A stretch of DNA of 64,000 nt from a virus (Duplodnaviria > Heunggongvirae > Uroviricota > Caudoviricetes): the IMG/VR virus record IMGVR_UViG_3300006139_000008. One strand, 5' to 3'. Positions 19,401-28,397 of this stretch are shown in pieces. Under the pieces are notes generated by a model. The model was not told the origin of the DNA. It saw only the letters and a program-made list of their open reading frames with translations, and did not search any database. The first letter of the stretch is position 1; every line of letters starts with the position of its first letter. The position numbers and the translations under genes are program-made.

Positions 19401-20767
19401 ACCCAGAAAAGCCGTCCATGGTTATTTATGACAGTGCGGAAAAAAAGAATATATTTGACTTTAATTCAGATGGCAAAGGGAATTTAAAGATTGTCGGTGG
19501 GATTATTACAAGCATATTGCAGTCAGAAGATTACGAGCCACGCAAGAATGGCATGTGCATTAACCTAGAGAAAAAGTTTATTGAAATATATAATAAAGAC
19601 AAGCAAGAAATACTCAGCTATAACCTTGACGAAAATAACCTGCTCCGTATAAAAAAAGCAGAAATTGGCGGCTGGAAAATTGAAAATGACCTAATCTACT
19701 CAAAAAATAAAGATGATTCTTCCTGTATTTATCTAAGTTCAGACCCTGACAACATGCAAATCACATCATATAAAAATACAGCAAATACCCATGAAAGCTT
19801 CTGCTCTTCCATGCATGATGGAAAATGGTCGTTCGGGCTATACGATGGAAATAATTTTGTTGGGAATTATGGATATACTGATATTTCCCAATGTGGTATT
19901 TACGCCAGAAGCGAAGCTGGCATGAACTCTGCACGTGGTGACCAGGAATACCTGTTAGGTGTTGATACCATAAATGACAGTGTGGTTATTACGGGGCACA
20001 GCGACAGTTCCCCAGCACTCAGGGTTACAAATTATGGGAAAGGGGATGCCTTATACTGCGAGAGTAGTTCAACTGGCTCTGACAACAAGGCATTCCATTG
20101 TAAGGTATACAACGGTGATAACGACATCTACTATTTTTCTGTTTTTGGTGAATTTGGTTCCACGAGCAGTGGCGGTGTCCCTAATAAACGTCTGGTTTTC
20201 CGTGCAGACACCCATGACACTAATGGGGCTGAACAGGCATGTGAAAAAAGTGCATTAGGCACAGTGACATTCCCGTGGAATGAAATACATGCAACTAACA
20301 TAAATTCTACTTCAGACCTCAAGCAGAAGGATGTCATCAGTATAATGGATAAACAAGAGTCATTAGATTTTATCAATGGGCTGAAACCAATCAAATACAC
20401 TTTTAAAAACAGTACATCAAAGCGCATACATATGGGGTTTGGCGCACAGCATGTGGCACAGGCTGCGAAAGAACTTGATATGGGGGATCTGGCACTATAT
20501 GGGGCATCCGTTATTGCGGATAATGGAACGGAAGAATATTACTATGACGGTATTGACGATTCTAAGCTGTCATGGGGTTTGAAATACAATGAATTTGAAG
20601 CACCTATGGTGGCATCCATACAGGCACTGCATGAAATGATTACAGCACAGGGACAGATACTCCATGAAAAAGATAAGGAAATTGAACAACTAAAGGAACA
20701 GGTAAACAATCTTTCCGATAAATTTGAAAAATTAGAGGAAATATTACAGAAAAATGGGCTGTCATAA
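16463..20767 (+). CDS. tail-associated protein / tail fibre (Tal) with C-terminal S74 intramolecular-chaperone domain
   Basis: 1434 aa, start overlaps Dit stop. C-terminal region LDFINGLKPIKYTF...HMGFGAQHVAQAAKELDMGDLALYG...WGLKYNEFEAPMVASIQALHEMITAQGQILHEKDKEIEQLKEQ matches the endosialidase-chaperone (peptidase S74) pattern. Confidence 0.8.
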   Translation: MSQFIVNVDGTVEQDKVFVCDRLLNKHGELYPIDELRTVMRLNQSDEVNFKVYKYNNGEINPFWEQIDDIHIILVEGKGYFEIATPLTVEECAYKQITGISLGEAETSQTYITLGINSDDDFAMQIRENKNKDVIPTILYNPNATMDKPEGSLLHRVFRSMPHYTIGHVDASVACIQRTFPCDNQTVYDFLQTVAKELECIFIFDNFKREVNCYDLKDHCNRQSCITATDYRNVKDGVCQHCQSSDYITYGYGKDSGVFIDNQNLAESVTLTGDKDSVKNCFKIEGSDDTITNLLWDRLMNGNYIWKFSPEQTSQMSAPLQRALVEHDSLVKSYQNEYNTLWDRYNNCVDKILFYQSEMMPSLASSDTTARSVHESLFGAGGKISYACKSSEYQTTESVLKSVMTFAKQIMPNEYEIELSLAGSSNSSLSFSSHIWIKDAYKDDKTQDDEYTASVSLQIKDGWHVYCNTSADNPVFTTDYFLYLKQQLEISLAKSDVSEEVVSFDPQVSPNYDSESDPQHLPTIHYTKYCYNRLKSFRDAYESCSQIIAKHSEQISSDNNGILKYINANGSQVSIYDDLLKKYYDRIAILDARMAYLEDKINTVATERDTHKEKIEKIKSICNMEDFLKKYNGGSYGDSLWVELCSFKREDTYRNDNYLGEGVKHDEIVKNVEGLIKRATEELEKACEISYSINTTIGNLLTMKEFEPLWDDFTLGNWIRIQIDDDIYKLRLISIAFDYSDLSQINVEFSDVTKSNNSLVDLKSLFQQASSIATNFNSVTKQAEKGYITNQEFNIMKEAGLNVANTMITNADNQDFIIDRYGLTGRIWDDTKNTYGDEQLRIINNLLCFTSDGWKHTRLALGKVYYYEDIDETGQGQWKWDYGLNAEVLISRLILSEMLKIYNKSGTYSITDKGFFIDYKNNTIEINAMEPSLTISKKENGIKHIYMRYSPADGLIIDGTGKFSGMVLVGQETGTHIKLDPEKPSMVIYDSAEKKNIFDFNSDGKGNLKIVGGIITSILQSEDYEPRKNGMCINLEKKFIEIYNKDKQEILSYNLDENNLLRIKKAEIGGWKIENDLIYSKNKDDSSCIYLSSDPDNMQITSYKNTANTHESFCSSMHDGKWSFGLYDGNNFVGNYGYTDISQCGIYARSEAGMNSARGDQEYLLGVDTINDSVVITGHSDSSPALRVTNYGKGDALYCESSSTGSDNKAFHCKVYNGDNDIYYFSVFGEFGSTSSGGVPNKRLVFRADTHDTNGAEQACEKSALGTVTFPWNEIHATNINSTSDLKQKDVISIMDKQESLDFINGLKPIKYTFKNSTSKRIHMGFGAQHVAQAAKELDMGDLALYGASVIADNGTEEYYYDGIDDSKLSWGLKYNEFEAPMVASIQALHEMITAQGQILHEKDKEIEQLKEQVNNLSDKFEKLEEILQKNGLS

Positions 20768-20796
20768 TTGGCAGTCCTTTCCAGTGAGGTGATAGA

Positions 20797-22587
20797 ATGG
20801 CATTAAAAGTAGTAAAAAAAGAAATATCATTAAATGTCGGGCAGCCCAATAATTTTGAGCTAATCTGCGCCATGCAGGGTGACAACAAATCATTCGAGAT
20901 CACTGCCACATTGTATGATGTCAACAAACTGTACACGATCAACACAGACAATATCAAATTAAAAGGGGTGAACCCCCTCGGCTCCAATCTATGCAAAGAT
21001 GTCAATGGGCATACCGCAAACACTGTAACATTTGCCCTGACGGAAGACATGCTTGCTTATGACGGATTGCTGAAACTTGTGCTGGTATTAGCAGAAAGCA
21101 GCACACAGCTTACCACATTCCCATTTGTAATCAAAGTTGTGAATTCACCAGGAAACACAAATGCCGATGACATGCAGACTGTATCGGCACTGGTGGAGGA
21201 AGCTAAAAAATGGGCGATGCTCTCCAAATCATACGCTGTCGGCACAGATAATGAGGTGAGAAAAGGCGATGCAAAGGATAACTCGAAATATTACTATGAA
21301 CAGATAAAAGAGCTGTATGACAGCGGCAAAATCGGGAATGGGAAGATTCTTTATTTCGAGACGTATGAAGAGTTTAAAAAAGAACTTGATGCGGGGAAGG
21401 TTGAGAACGAGACATTGATTTGCATTAAAGAAGGGAACAGCGGTGAAGATTCTGGGGATGATGTATTTAAAATTGATTTTGACGGAAAAAAAATTATATA
21501 TTTCCATAGAAGCGGAAAGCATTTATACTCTACTAATTTAAAGAAATGGATACAGATAGACTCTTCTGACTGTTTATTAGCACCTTTTACTATGGATTGT
21601 GACGATATACAAATCGCTTATGGAAACAATATGCTGTTTTTACTTACAAGACAAAATTCCTTACAAAGATTTTTTTATACAATCCATGATTTCAATGAAA
21701 ATACAACAAAACCTATCTGGAGGGAATACTCTTCTTTCCAAAACGATTTAGGGCTGGAAAATTTTGCTATTATGGATTTTGGTGGTGAGCACTTAATTAT
21801 TGCGAGCAGAAATAAAGTTTATTCTATTAGTTCAGACAAAATAAATGAACAAAGGAATCATGTAAATGGTTGTCTTGAATTTACAGAAATGAACGGGATT
21901 AACCAAGAAAAAAGTTCTTTGGGTATTGATGATATTTCATATGGAAATAACATGTTTATTTTAATAACCAGTTACCGCTCTGGAAATGCATCATACTCAT
22001 CAACATCATGGTATACTATTGACTATATTAATTGGATTGAAATTGGTTCAATCCCTTATGCTAGTAGCTCATTTGAATATAAATTAATATATGGGAATGG
22101 TCTATTTGTGTGGTTATCCAATTATTTCTCATTTCCACAAAAAATATCAATTCTGGATACAAATGCACCTGAAAACGGATGGTATCATCCAAAAAGCAGT
22201 GAAGACTCTTTTTATTATTCACTATTCAATGATATTTTATTTGATGAAAAAAATGATACGTTTATTATTAAATATAGCAAAAATGGGACTTATGGATTTT
22301 ATAGTTATCAAAAAGATAATGACATGAAAGTTATAAATCCTTCTATTAATATAAATATTTTTGCACCATACATATATAAAGGCGTTCTATTTGGTTTTAT
22401 ACTTATAGAAAATAAAACCCATTGGATTGCCATCAAAGATATATCGAATGGGGAATATATTGATTTTGGGGAAGTTGTTATCAATTATACACCAAATATT
22501 AATAAACGGAATTATGCAATTATAGATTCACCACTCTGGGATATAGATTACGGTGAAGAAGAGAGTATACACAGTCAGGAGAAATAA
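20797..22587 (+). CDS. baseplate/receptor-binding protein candidate (BppU-like N-terminus) with YGNN-type repeats
   Basis: N-terminal about 190 aa resembles upper-baseplate (BppU_N-type) proteins of Firmicute phages. C-terminal half has recurring IAYGNNMLFLLT / ISYGNNMFILIT / LIYGNGLFVWLS blades. Confidence 0.5.
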   Translation: MALKVVKKEISLNVGQPNNFELICAMQGDNKSFEITATLYDVNKLYTINTDNIKLKGVNPLGSNLCKDVNGHTANTVTFALTEDMLAYDGLLKLVLVLAESSTQLTTFPFVIKVVNSPGNTNADDMQTVSALVEEAKKWAMLSKSYAVGTDNEVRKGDAKDNSKYYYEQIKELYDSGKIGNGKILYFETYEEFKKELDAGKVENETLICIKEGNSGEDSGDDVFKIDFDGKKIIYFHRSGKHLYSTNLKKWIQIDSSDCLLAPFTMDCDDIQIAYGNNMLFLLTRQNSLQRFFYTIHDFNENTTKPIWREYSSFQNDLGLENFAIMDFGGEHLIIASRNKVYSISSDKINEQRNHVNGCLEFTEMNGINQEKSSLGIDDISYGNNMFILITSYRSGNASYSSTSWYTIDYINWIEIGSIPYASSSFEYKLIYGNGLFVWLSNYFSFPQKISILDTNAPENGWYHPKSSEDSFYYSLFNDILFDEKNDTFIIKYSKNGTYGFYSYQKDNDMKVINPSININIFAPYIYKGVLFGFILIENKTHWIAIKDISNGEYIDFGEVVINYTPNINKRNYAIIDSPLWDIDYGEEESIHSQEK

Positions 22588-22592
22588 AAAAT

Positions 22593-24026
22593 ATGATCTT
22601 ATATAAAACTAAGGAAAGTGAAATTGTACGTGTAGATGGCAGTTCTAGTGGACAATCCCTAAAAAAATATTCCACAATTATCACGGGGGATGGAGCAAAA
22701 ACTGTATTTACGATTGAACATAATCTGGATACGGAAGATATTATTTTTGAGATGAATGATAAGGAAGGATTAATATTTACAGATTACAATGTTGCAGATA
22801 ATAACACCGTAAATATTATATTCTCCATTGCCCCCTTAACAGAAGAAAAATATAGTGTAACAATATATGGTGTAAATGGTTCAAGTAATGGATCTGGAGG
22901 TAACAACAGCTCTTCCACTTCTCCTGTTATCAGTGGTGTAAGTGGAATAAAAGGTTCTGCTGAAAGTGAATTTAGAACAGGTGATGTCACGATTTCACCA
23001 CAAGATCTTGGATTAGATGCTGATACATATGCTAAAAAGAGTATTTATGGAGATACGAGCGTAAGTTTAGGAAGGAAAACTGGTACTGCTATCGAGGAAA
23101 ACAGTTTTGCTTTTGGTAAAAACGTTGAAGCTAGTGGTTTTTGTTCCCATGCAGAAGGCTATAATACAACTGCTAGTGAACTCTGTTCCCATGCTGAAGG
23201 GTATGGTACAACTGCTAGTGGTTATTATTCCCATGCAGAAGGCTGTAATACAACTGCTAGTGGTTATTATTCCCATGCTGGAGGGTGTAAAACATTTGCA
23301 GCAGGAAATTATAACTTTTCTTGTGGTTGTTATAATGTAGACAACGGTGTATTATTTTCCATAGGTAATGGTATATCAACAGCAAGAGCAAATGCATTTT
23401 CTGTATCAGATGAAGGAATAGTAAAAGCAGCATCTACAATTACAGCATCAACTACAGCAGATTATGCAGAATTTTTTGAATGGGAAGATGCAAATCCAAA
23501 TAATGAAGACAGAGTAGGAAAATTTGTTACTACTAATGGGGAAAAGATATCTATTGCAACATCTAATGAAGATTATATACTTGGGATTGTGTCTGGGCAA
23601 CCTTTTGTACTTGGTAATGGTGATTGTGATACATGGAATAAAATGTACCTGAGAGATGATTTTGGGCGTATAATAACTGAACCAGCACCTAAAATAGAGT
23701 TACAAATAAATGATAAAACAGGTGAAATTACAGAAAAGCAAATTATTGATCAAAATGGAAATTTAGTGTATGAGGGAACACGTCCAAAGCTTAATCCTGA
23801 TTATGATTCATCTAAACCATATATATCCCGTTTTGAACGTCAAGAATGGTCTCCTATTGGAATGCTTGGTGTACTTTCTGTCTGGCAGGATGGAAGCCTT
23901 GAAGTTAATGGATACTGTTGCTGTAATTCAGAAGGTATTGCTACATCATGTGGTGAAGATACAAAAAATTCATATAGGGTTGTTAAAATCATTTCCGACA
24001 GTGTGGCAAGAGTGATACTGAAATAA
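22593..24026 (+). CDS. tail fibre protein with tandem SHAEG-type repeats
   Basis: Four consecutive 14-aa repeats SHAEGYNTTASELC / SHAEGYGTTASGYY / SHAEGCNTTASGYY / SHAGGCKTFAAGNY. Ser/Gly/Asn-rich linker. Follows the baseplate genes. Confidence 0.6.
   Translation: MILYKTKESEIVRVDGSSSGQSLKKYSTIITGDGAKTVFTIEHNLDTEDIIFEMNDKEGLIFTDYNVADNNTVNIIFSIAPLTEEKYSVTIYGVNGSSNGSGGNNSSSTSPVISGVSGIKGSAESEFRTGDVTISPQDLGLDADTYAKKSIYGDTSVSLGRKTGTAIEENSFAFGKNVEASGFCSHAEGYNTTASELCSHAEGYGTTASGYYSHAEGCNTTASGYYSHAGGCKTFAAGNYNFSCGCYNVDNGVLFSIGNGISTARANAFSVSDEGIVKAASTITASTTADYAEFFEWEDANPNNEDRVGKFVTTNGEKISIATSNEDYILGIVSGQPFVLGNGDCDTWNKMYLRDDFGRIITEPAPKIELQINDKTGEITEKQIIDQNGNLVYEGTRPKLNPDYDSSKPYISRFERQEWSPIGMLGVLSVWQDGSLEVNGYCCCNSEGIATSCGEDTKNSYRVVKIISDSVARVILK
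23145..23312 (+). repeat. four tandem 42-bp repeats (plus a partial unit from about 23127)
   Basis: Units begin TCCCATGC(A/T)G(A/G)AGG at 23145, 23187, 23229 and 23271. Confidence 0.8.
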
Positions 24027-24054
24027 TAATTTCTTTTCAACTGGAGGTGATACA

Positions 24055-24588
24055 TTGAAAATATTATCAAAATTAAAACTACTCTTTACCCCAACGGATG
24101 AATATGATGCAGTCAATAAAAAATATGTTGACGGCATTATTTCATCTGCAGATAACACATCCATCTATTACGGCTCTATATCATTAACGGATGATAATTT
24201 TGCTGCTTTTACAATCAATGGCTTTAACGATGAAAAAATCACCACACATGCCGTATTAATCCTAAAATCTAATACATCAAGTTCTTTAACAGACAATTAC
24301 ACCAAGCACGTTATTATTAATTCTTCTTCCACTACTTTTTCCATTGTCGATAAATACGGAAATCTCCTAACCTATCATGACATCATAAATGGAGGAACCA
24401 TTGTGCTTGGATTTAATGGGCAGAATTTTGTACTGCTTAATAAGCCGTATCTGTTGGATTCTTATACATCAAATTCGACAGATTGTGGGGCAACTGCTAA
24501 TTCAGTAAAAACAGTTTATGATTATTTTACAGATATCATTGGTGATATTCCGGAAATATTGGATGCCATAAACAGGAAGGTGGTCTGA
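24055..24588 (+). CDS. hypothetical tail-fibre-associated protein
   Basis: ORF with RBS GGAGGTGATACATTG; context only. Confidence 0.4.
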   Translation: MKILSKLKLLFTPTDEYDAVNKKYVDGIISSADNTSIYYGSISLTDDNFAAFTINGFNDEKITTHAVLILKSNTSSSLTDNYTKHVIINSSSTTFSIVDKYGNLLTYHDIINGGTIVLGFNGQNFVLLNKPYLLDSYTSNSTDCGATANSVKTVYDYFTDIIGDIPEILDAINRKVV

Positions 24589-24589
24589 A

Positions 24590-24961
24590 ATGGGTAGCAT
24601 AGCAGAAAAACTGCAGTATACGTACAACGCTGTCGATGATATCCAGCTTGCCATCACTGAGAACCACATAGAATGTGATGATACTGTTGAACTTGGGTTG
24701 TACGGTGAGAAAATCAGACAGATAAAAAACAGCAATGGCAACAGTATTAAAGATTTTTATCCGATGGAGAAATTTACTGCATACACCAGAAATGATTTAA
24801 TCATAAAAACTGTTGAAGATGTTACGGAGCAGACTATTAATGGGCAGGTTGGGGATGTTATTTTTGTCGAATACTACAAGGTCACACCATGTACAGCTTT
24901 TTCGGCAGACAGTCTTGTTGCTAAGACTGTTGAGGATGTAAGTGATAAATACCAATTTTAA
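24590..24961 (+). CDS. hypothetical protein with internal duplication
   Basis: IIKTVEDVTEQ / VAKTVEDVSDK duplicated motif; RBS AAGGTGG. Confidence 0.4.
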   Translation: MGSIAEKLQYTYNAVDDIQLAITENHIECDDTVELGLYGEKIRQIKNSNGNSIKDFYPMEKFTAYTRNDLIIKTVEDVTEQTINGQVGDVIFVEYYKVTPCTAFSADSLVAKTVEDVSDKYQF

Positions 24962-24973
24962 GGAGGACTTTAA

Positions 24974-25765
24974 ATGGTTGTAAGAAATGATTACATAGGC
25001 AGTTATAATAGTTTAACTTCTGAAAATATAACAATAAGTGGACTGACTTCTGAAACTTCCACTACCAATGTGTCGATAATCAAAGAATTAAGTACGAAAT
25101 TCTTTGATTCCGTTTATGAAACAATTATTGATGCTGGGTATTCGGATGCTGTTAAGAATGAAACAGAATACTCTATAACAGTATTGGGATTTAAGTTTTA
25201 TGTTGTTGTGGATACTTCATATTATCCTTGTATCTATGCAACACCAATAGGCAGTAATATATCTTCTTATACCAGAAATTCAATTGCCAAAAGGATAAAT
25301 AATACACAATATGACTATATGTATAATATAATCGTTCGTGGAGATTCAAATATAATAACGATATCATATGAGCCTTATGATTATTATGGGAAAGAAGAAA
25401 CACATTTATTCTTTATTGCCAAAGCTAAAAATTTAATAACAGGCGAGAATGCATATTATTTTGGCAGTGAAATGAAGGTTTCTAATAGCACTTATTATAG
25501 TTATATCATTAACAAAGAGCATAATTATACTTACTATTATAATAGCCAGACGTTATTAGAGGATGACTATAATTATAGTGGATTAAACACAAAAAATAAA
25601 TATGTTTGTGCACCCATGCTTGCATTTTATGGTACTTTTTTAATTTATTCTATGATACGTGGAAACAAAGCAATATTTACTAAAGGTAAATATTACAAAA
25701 TAGGAAATGATATATATTACTGCAATAATAGTAATTATATTTGTCCTTTGTATAAAGTAGAATGA
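24974..25765 (+). CDS. hypothetical Tyr/Asn-rich protein, last gene of rightward late module
   Basis: RBS AAGGAGGA before ATG. Followed by a terminator. Confidence 0.45.
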   Translation: MVVRNDYIGSYNSLTSENITISGLTSETSTTNVSIIKELSTKFFDSVYETIIDAGYSDAVKNETEYSITVLGFKFYVVVDTSYYPCIYATPIGSNISSYTRNSIAKRINNTQYDYMYNIIVRGDSNIITISYEPYDYYGKEETHLFFIAKAKNLITGENAYYFGSEMKVSNSTYYSYIINKEHNYTYYYNSQTLLEDDYNYSGLNTKNKYVCAPMLAFYGTFLIYSMIRGNKAIFTKGKYYKIGNDIYYCNNSNYICPLYKVE

Positions 25766-25768
25766 TTT

Positions 25769-25820
25769 TAGGGCAGTTGAGATGGATACTTAATGTATCT
25801 TCTCTTCTGCCCTATTTTTT
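25769..25820 (+). terminator. rho-independent terminator closing the tail operon
   Basis: TAGGGCAG...CTGCCCTA outer stem with an imperfect inner stem (GAGATGGATAC/GTATCTTCTC) then TTTTTT (25815-25820). Confidence 0.55.
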
Positions 25821-25923
25821 ACGTTATAAATATTTTAAAAATGATTTTACAAAAAATACATATGATTGATACTTCATTCCTTCCAAAACAAGTAAATAAG
25901 CAAGCAAACTTTTCGTGAATGGC

Positions 25924-26273
25924 TTTGGTAAAATCTCTTACCAAAATCCGTACCAAATCTTTACCAAAATCGCTGTGATATTTAGCGATAATTTACGATA
26001 GTTTATGATACTCTCTTTATATCCACAAAACACGCTGTAATGCTTGATTTTCCCATGTTTACAAGGAATTTTGATTGGAAACTTTTCTTATTAGTTTCCT
26101 CCCATCTGCTTTGCGAACTTTTTCTAACTTTCCTTATTTTTCAAGGGTTTAAATTATCTATAAACCATTTATACCAAACTTTTCATTTTGGTACAACATT
26201 GTTTTCTTTCTTATTCTTTCAACGTTTGGTATATCTCCAATTTTGGTACAAGATATGTAGCTTTGGTAAAATC
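25924..26273. repeat. cluster of about 9 TTTGGTA/TACCAAA iterons flanking the integrase 3-prime end (candidate Int arm-type or regulator sites; att region)
   Basis: TTTGGTAAAATC(25924), TTACCAAAATC(25938), TACCAAATC(25951), TTACCAAAATC(25961), ATACCAAAC(26171), TTTTGGTACAA(26186), GTTTGGTAT(26224), TTTTGGTACAAG(26240), TTTGGTAAAATC(26262). Confidence 0.55.
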
Positions 26274-27492
26274 ATTCTTCTGGTGTTTCAACAATGGCAG
26301 ATTCCAGTTTACATATTTCACTGTCAATATCATCCTGCATAACGTGTGTATATATGTCTATGGTAGTTGAATAGTGTTGATGCCCCATCAGTTTCTGAAC
26401 AACTTTTGGATTCATATTCAACTGAAAACATCTACTACAAAACGTATGTCGGATCGCATGGGGATACAAATCCTCAAAATAGTGCGGTTCTCTTTGTTCA
26501 CTTACAGAGTCAAAAGCCTCTTGCTCATTGATTGCTTTTACAACCTTCTTTACTTCTTTTTCTGCATGATGCCTAAATACTGGCGAACCCATTGACGTGA
26601 CAAACACCAAATCTAAAAAGTCTCCATCACTCCTATATCGTTTGCCCAATTCCTTTTTGATTTTCTCTTGCTTTTTCTTTTGGGACAAAAACATTTCTTC
26701 TGCTTCTCCCATAAATGGTATTTTGCGATACGAATTGTGTGTTTTAGGTGTAGTAAGTCTTACAGTTTTTACTCCTGATTCATATTGGCATGATAAAGAA
26801 CGATTGATATTGATACATTTGTTTTTAAAATCTACATCTTCCCATTTCAATCCGCCAACTTCGCCTATACGCATACCTGTAAGGAACATAATATAAAACA
26901 TTTCCTTATACCAGTTATTTTCTACTTGTTGCAAAAATCGGTTCTGCTCTTCCTGTGACAAGAAACGTCTTTTTTTGGTTACATTTTCCCACGGTACAGT
27001 AATATCAAAACATGGATTTTCCGATATAATCCGATTATTCTTAGCAGATTCAAGGCACTCCCGAACACGTCCTAATGCATCACGCATACTGGAAGTTGCT
27101 TTTCCCTCTCGCTGCATAGTATTGATAACATCCTGAATGTCCATATTACGAATTTCTGTAACTTTCATATTCCCAATCAGTCTGCCAAAATTTGCACGAT
27201 ATTTGGTTTTCATTGGAGTAATGCTTGTTTCCTTAATTTTAGGAATTTTGTATCTGGTAAACCATTCTTCAAACCATTCATCCAACGTAATATTTGACAG
27301 CTTTTTATCCACACCTTGCTTTGCCTCTTCTTTTCGTTTCTCAAACTCAGCTTTCAACTCCTTCAAATTAAAATTATATAACTGAATCTTAATACCACTT
27401 ATTAATGCTCTAGCTTCATACCTCCCATCTTTTCTCTGATAAATCCCTTTTGGAAGTTCTCTACCTTTTAAATCCTTTGGCATAATACTCAT
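26272..27492 (-). CDS. int: site-specific tyrosine integrase
   Basis: C-terminal catalytic region HAIRHTFCSRCFQLNMNPKVVQKLMGHQHYSTTIDIYTHV (R-H-R-Y tetrad pattern). 406 aa, phage-integrase size. Confidence 0.9.
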   Translation of the reverse strand: MSIMPKDLKGRELPKGIYQRKDGRYEARALISGIKIQLYNFNLKELKAEFEKRKEEAKQGVDKKLSNITLDEWFEEWFTRYKIPKIKETSITPMKTKYRANFGRLIGNMKVTEIRNMDIQDVINTMQREGKATSSMRDALGRVRECLESAKNNRIISENPCFDITVPWENVTKKRRFLSQEEQNRFLQQVENNWYKEMFYIMFLTGMRIGEVGGLKWEDVDFKNKCININRSLSCQYESGVKTVRLTTPKTHNSYRKIPFMGEAEEMFLSQKKKQEKIKKELGKRYRSDGDFLDLVFVTSMGSPVFRHHAEKEVKKVVKAINEQEAFDSVSEQREPHYFEDLYPHAIRHTFCSRCFQLNMNPKVVQKLMGHQHYSTTIDIYTHVMQDDIDSEICKLESAIVETPEE

Positions 27493-27571
27493 TCCTTTCT
27501 ACTATGAAACAGGAAGAAATGAAGTATCTTTCGTATTTATTATACAAAAGCTTTGACTCATTTTCAACCCT

Positions 27572-27820
27572 TTAAATTTCTTTTTTGACTTTATTTCCGC
27601 TGATAGAATCAATCCACTTGTCCAATAATATTTTATTTGCATATAAACGTCCACCCAACCTAACCGTATATGGATTATCTGTTCTTGTCAATAATTCCCT
27701 TGCTTTCGTCTGACCTATTCCAAGATAAGCACAAAATTCTTTTACATTAAGCAATTTTTTGTCAACTAATATTTTTTCTGCATTGAATAATTCTGTTTTC
27801 ACTATAGCATCACACTCCAA
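27572..27820 (-). CDS. xis: excisionase / helix-turn-helix DNA-binding protein
   Basis: 82 aa, immediately upstream of int on the same strand. HTH-like VKEFCAYLGIGQTKARELL. Confidence 0.55.
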   Translation of the reverse strand: MECDAIVKTELFNAEKILVDKKLLNVKEFCAYLGIGQTKARELLTRTDNPYTVRLGGRLYANKILLDKWIDSISGNKVKKEI

Positions 27821-27951
27821 TTCATAGATTATTTTTTATAGAAAATATTAAAATTTTATAACACCATAATATTCACTTTCCAAAATTCATTACACAATAT
27901 AGCAAGGACACAATTAAATATAATCATGTCCCTATGATAACATATTAAATC

Positions 27952-28386
27952 TTATCTCCTCCCTGTACTTCCAAATCCACCACGGTTTTCTCCTTTTAAT
28001 TCTTGCACTTCACAGAAATTAATCTCTGGCTGGTTTCTTACTATCCTAAACTGGCATATGCGGTCATTTTTATGTATAACAATATCTCTTGATGCAATGA
28101 CAGGATACATCCACTGATCATCATTCCCATTATAAGAATTGTCAACTACTGCAACGGAATTTGCCTGTGTAATCCCAAAATTCTTATATGTACTACTTCT
28201 CGGATAAATATGGGCTTCGAACCCTGCCGGAAGTTCCATCGCTACTCCAAGAGGGATTAATTTAAAATCCCCCTTTTTTAATTTCACATCCTCTGCAACA
28301 CGAAGGTCTATCATATCACTTTTCCCATCAATATATTCTAATCTTTTCATATCATCTGAGAAATATTTTATCTTTACATCTACCAT
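27952..28386 (-). CDS. dut: dUTP diphosphatase (trimeric dUTPase)
   Basis: Motifs AGFEAHIYPRSS, VVDNSYNG and C-terminal RGGFGSTG. Confidence 0.85.
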   Translation of the reverse strand: MVDVKIKYFSDDMKRLEYIDGKSDMIDLRVAEDVKLKKGDFKLIPLGVAMELPAGFEAHIYPRSSTYKNFGITQANSVAVVDNSYNGNDDQWMYPVIASRDIVIHKNDRICQFRIVRNQPEINFCEVQELKGENRGGFGSTGRR

Positions 28387-28397
28387 ACAATCATCTC

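Noticed and set aside
26040-26370. Plus-strand ORFs 26040-26342 and 26188-26370 in the att region and integrase 3-prime end
   Set aside because: Low-complexity Phe/Leu-rich translations of AT-rich repeat DNA, overlapping the integrase. They are better explained as iteron-containing non-coding sequence.
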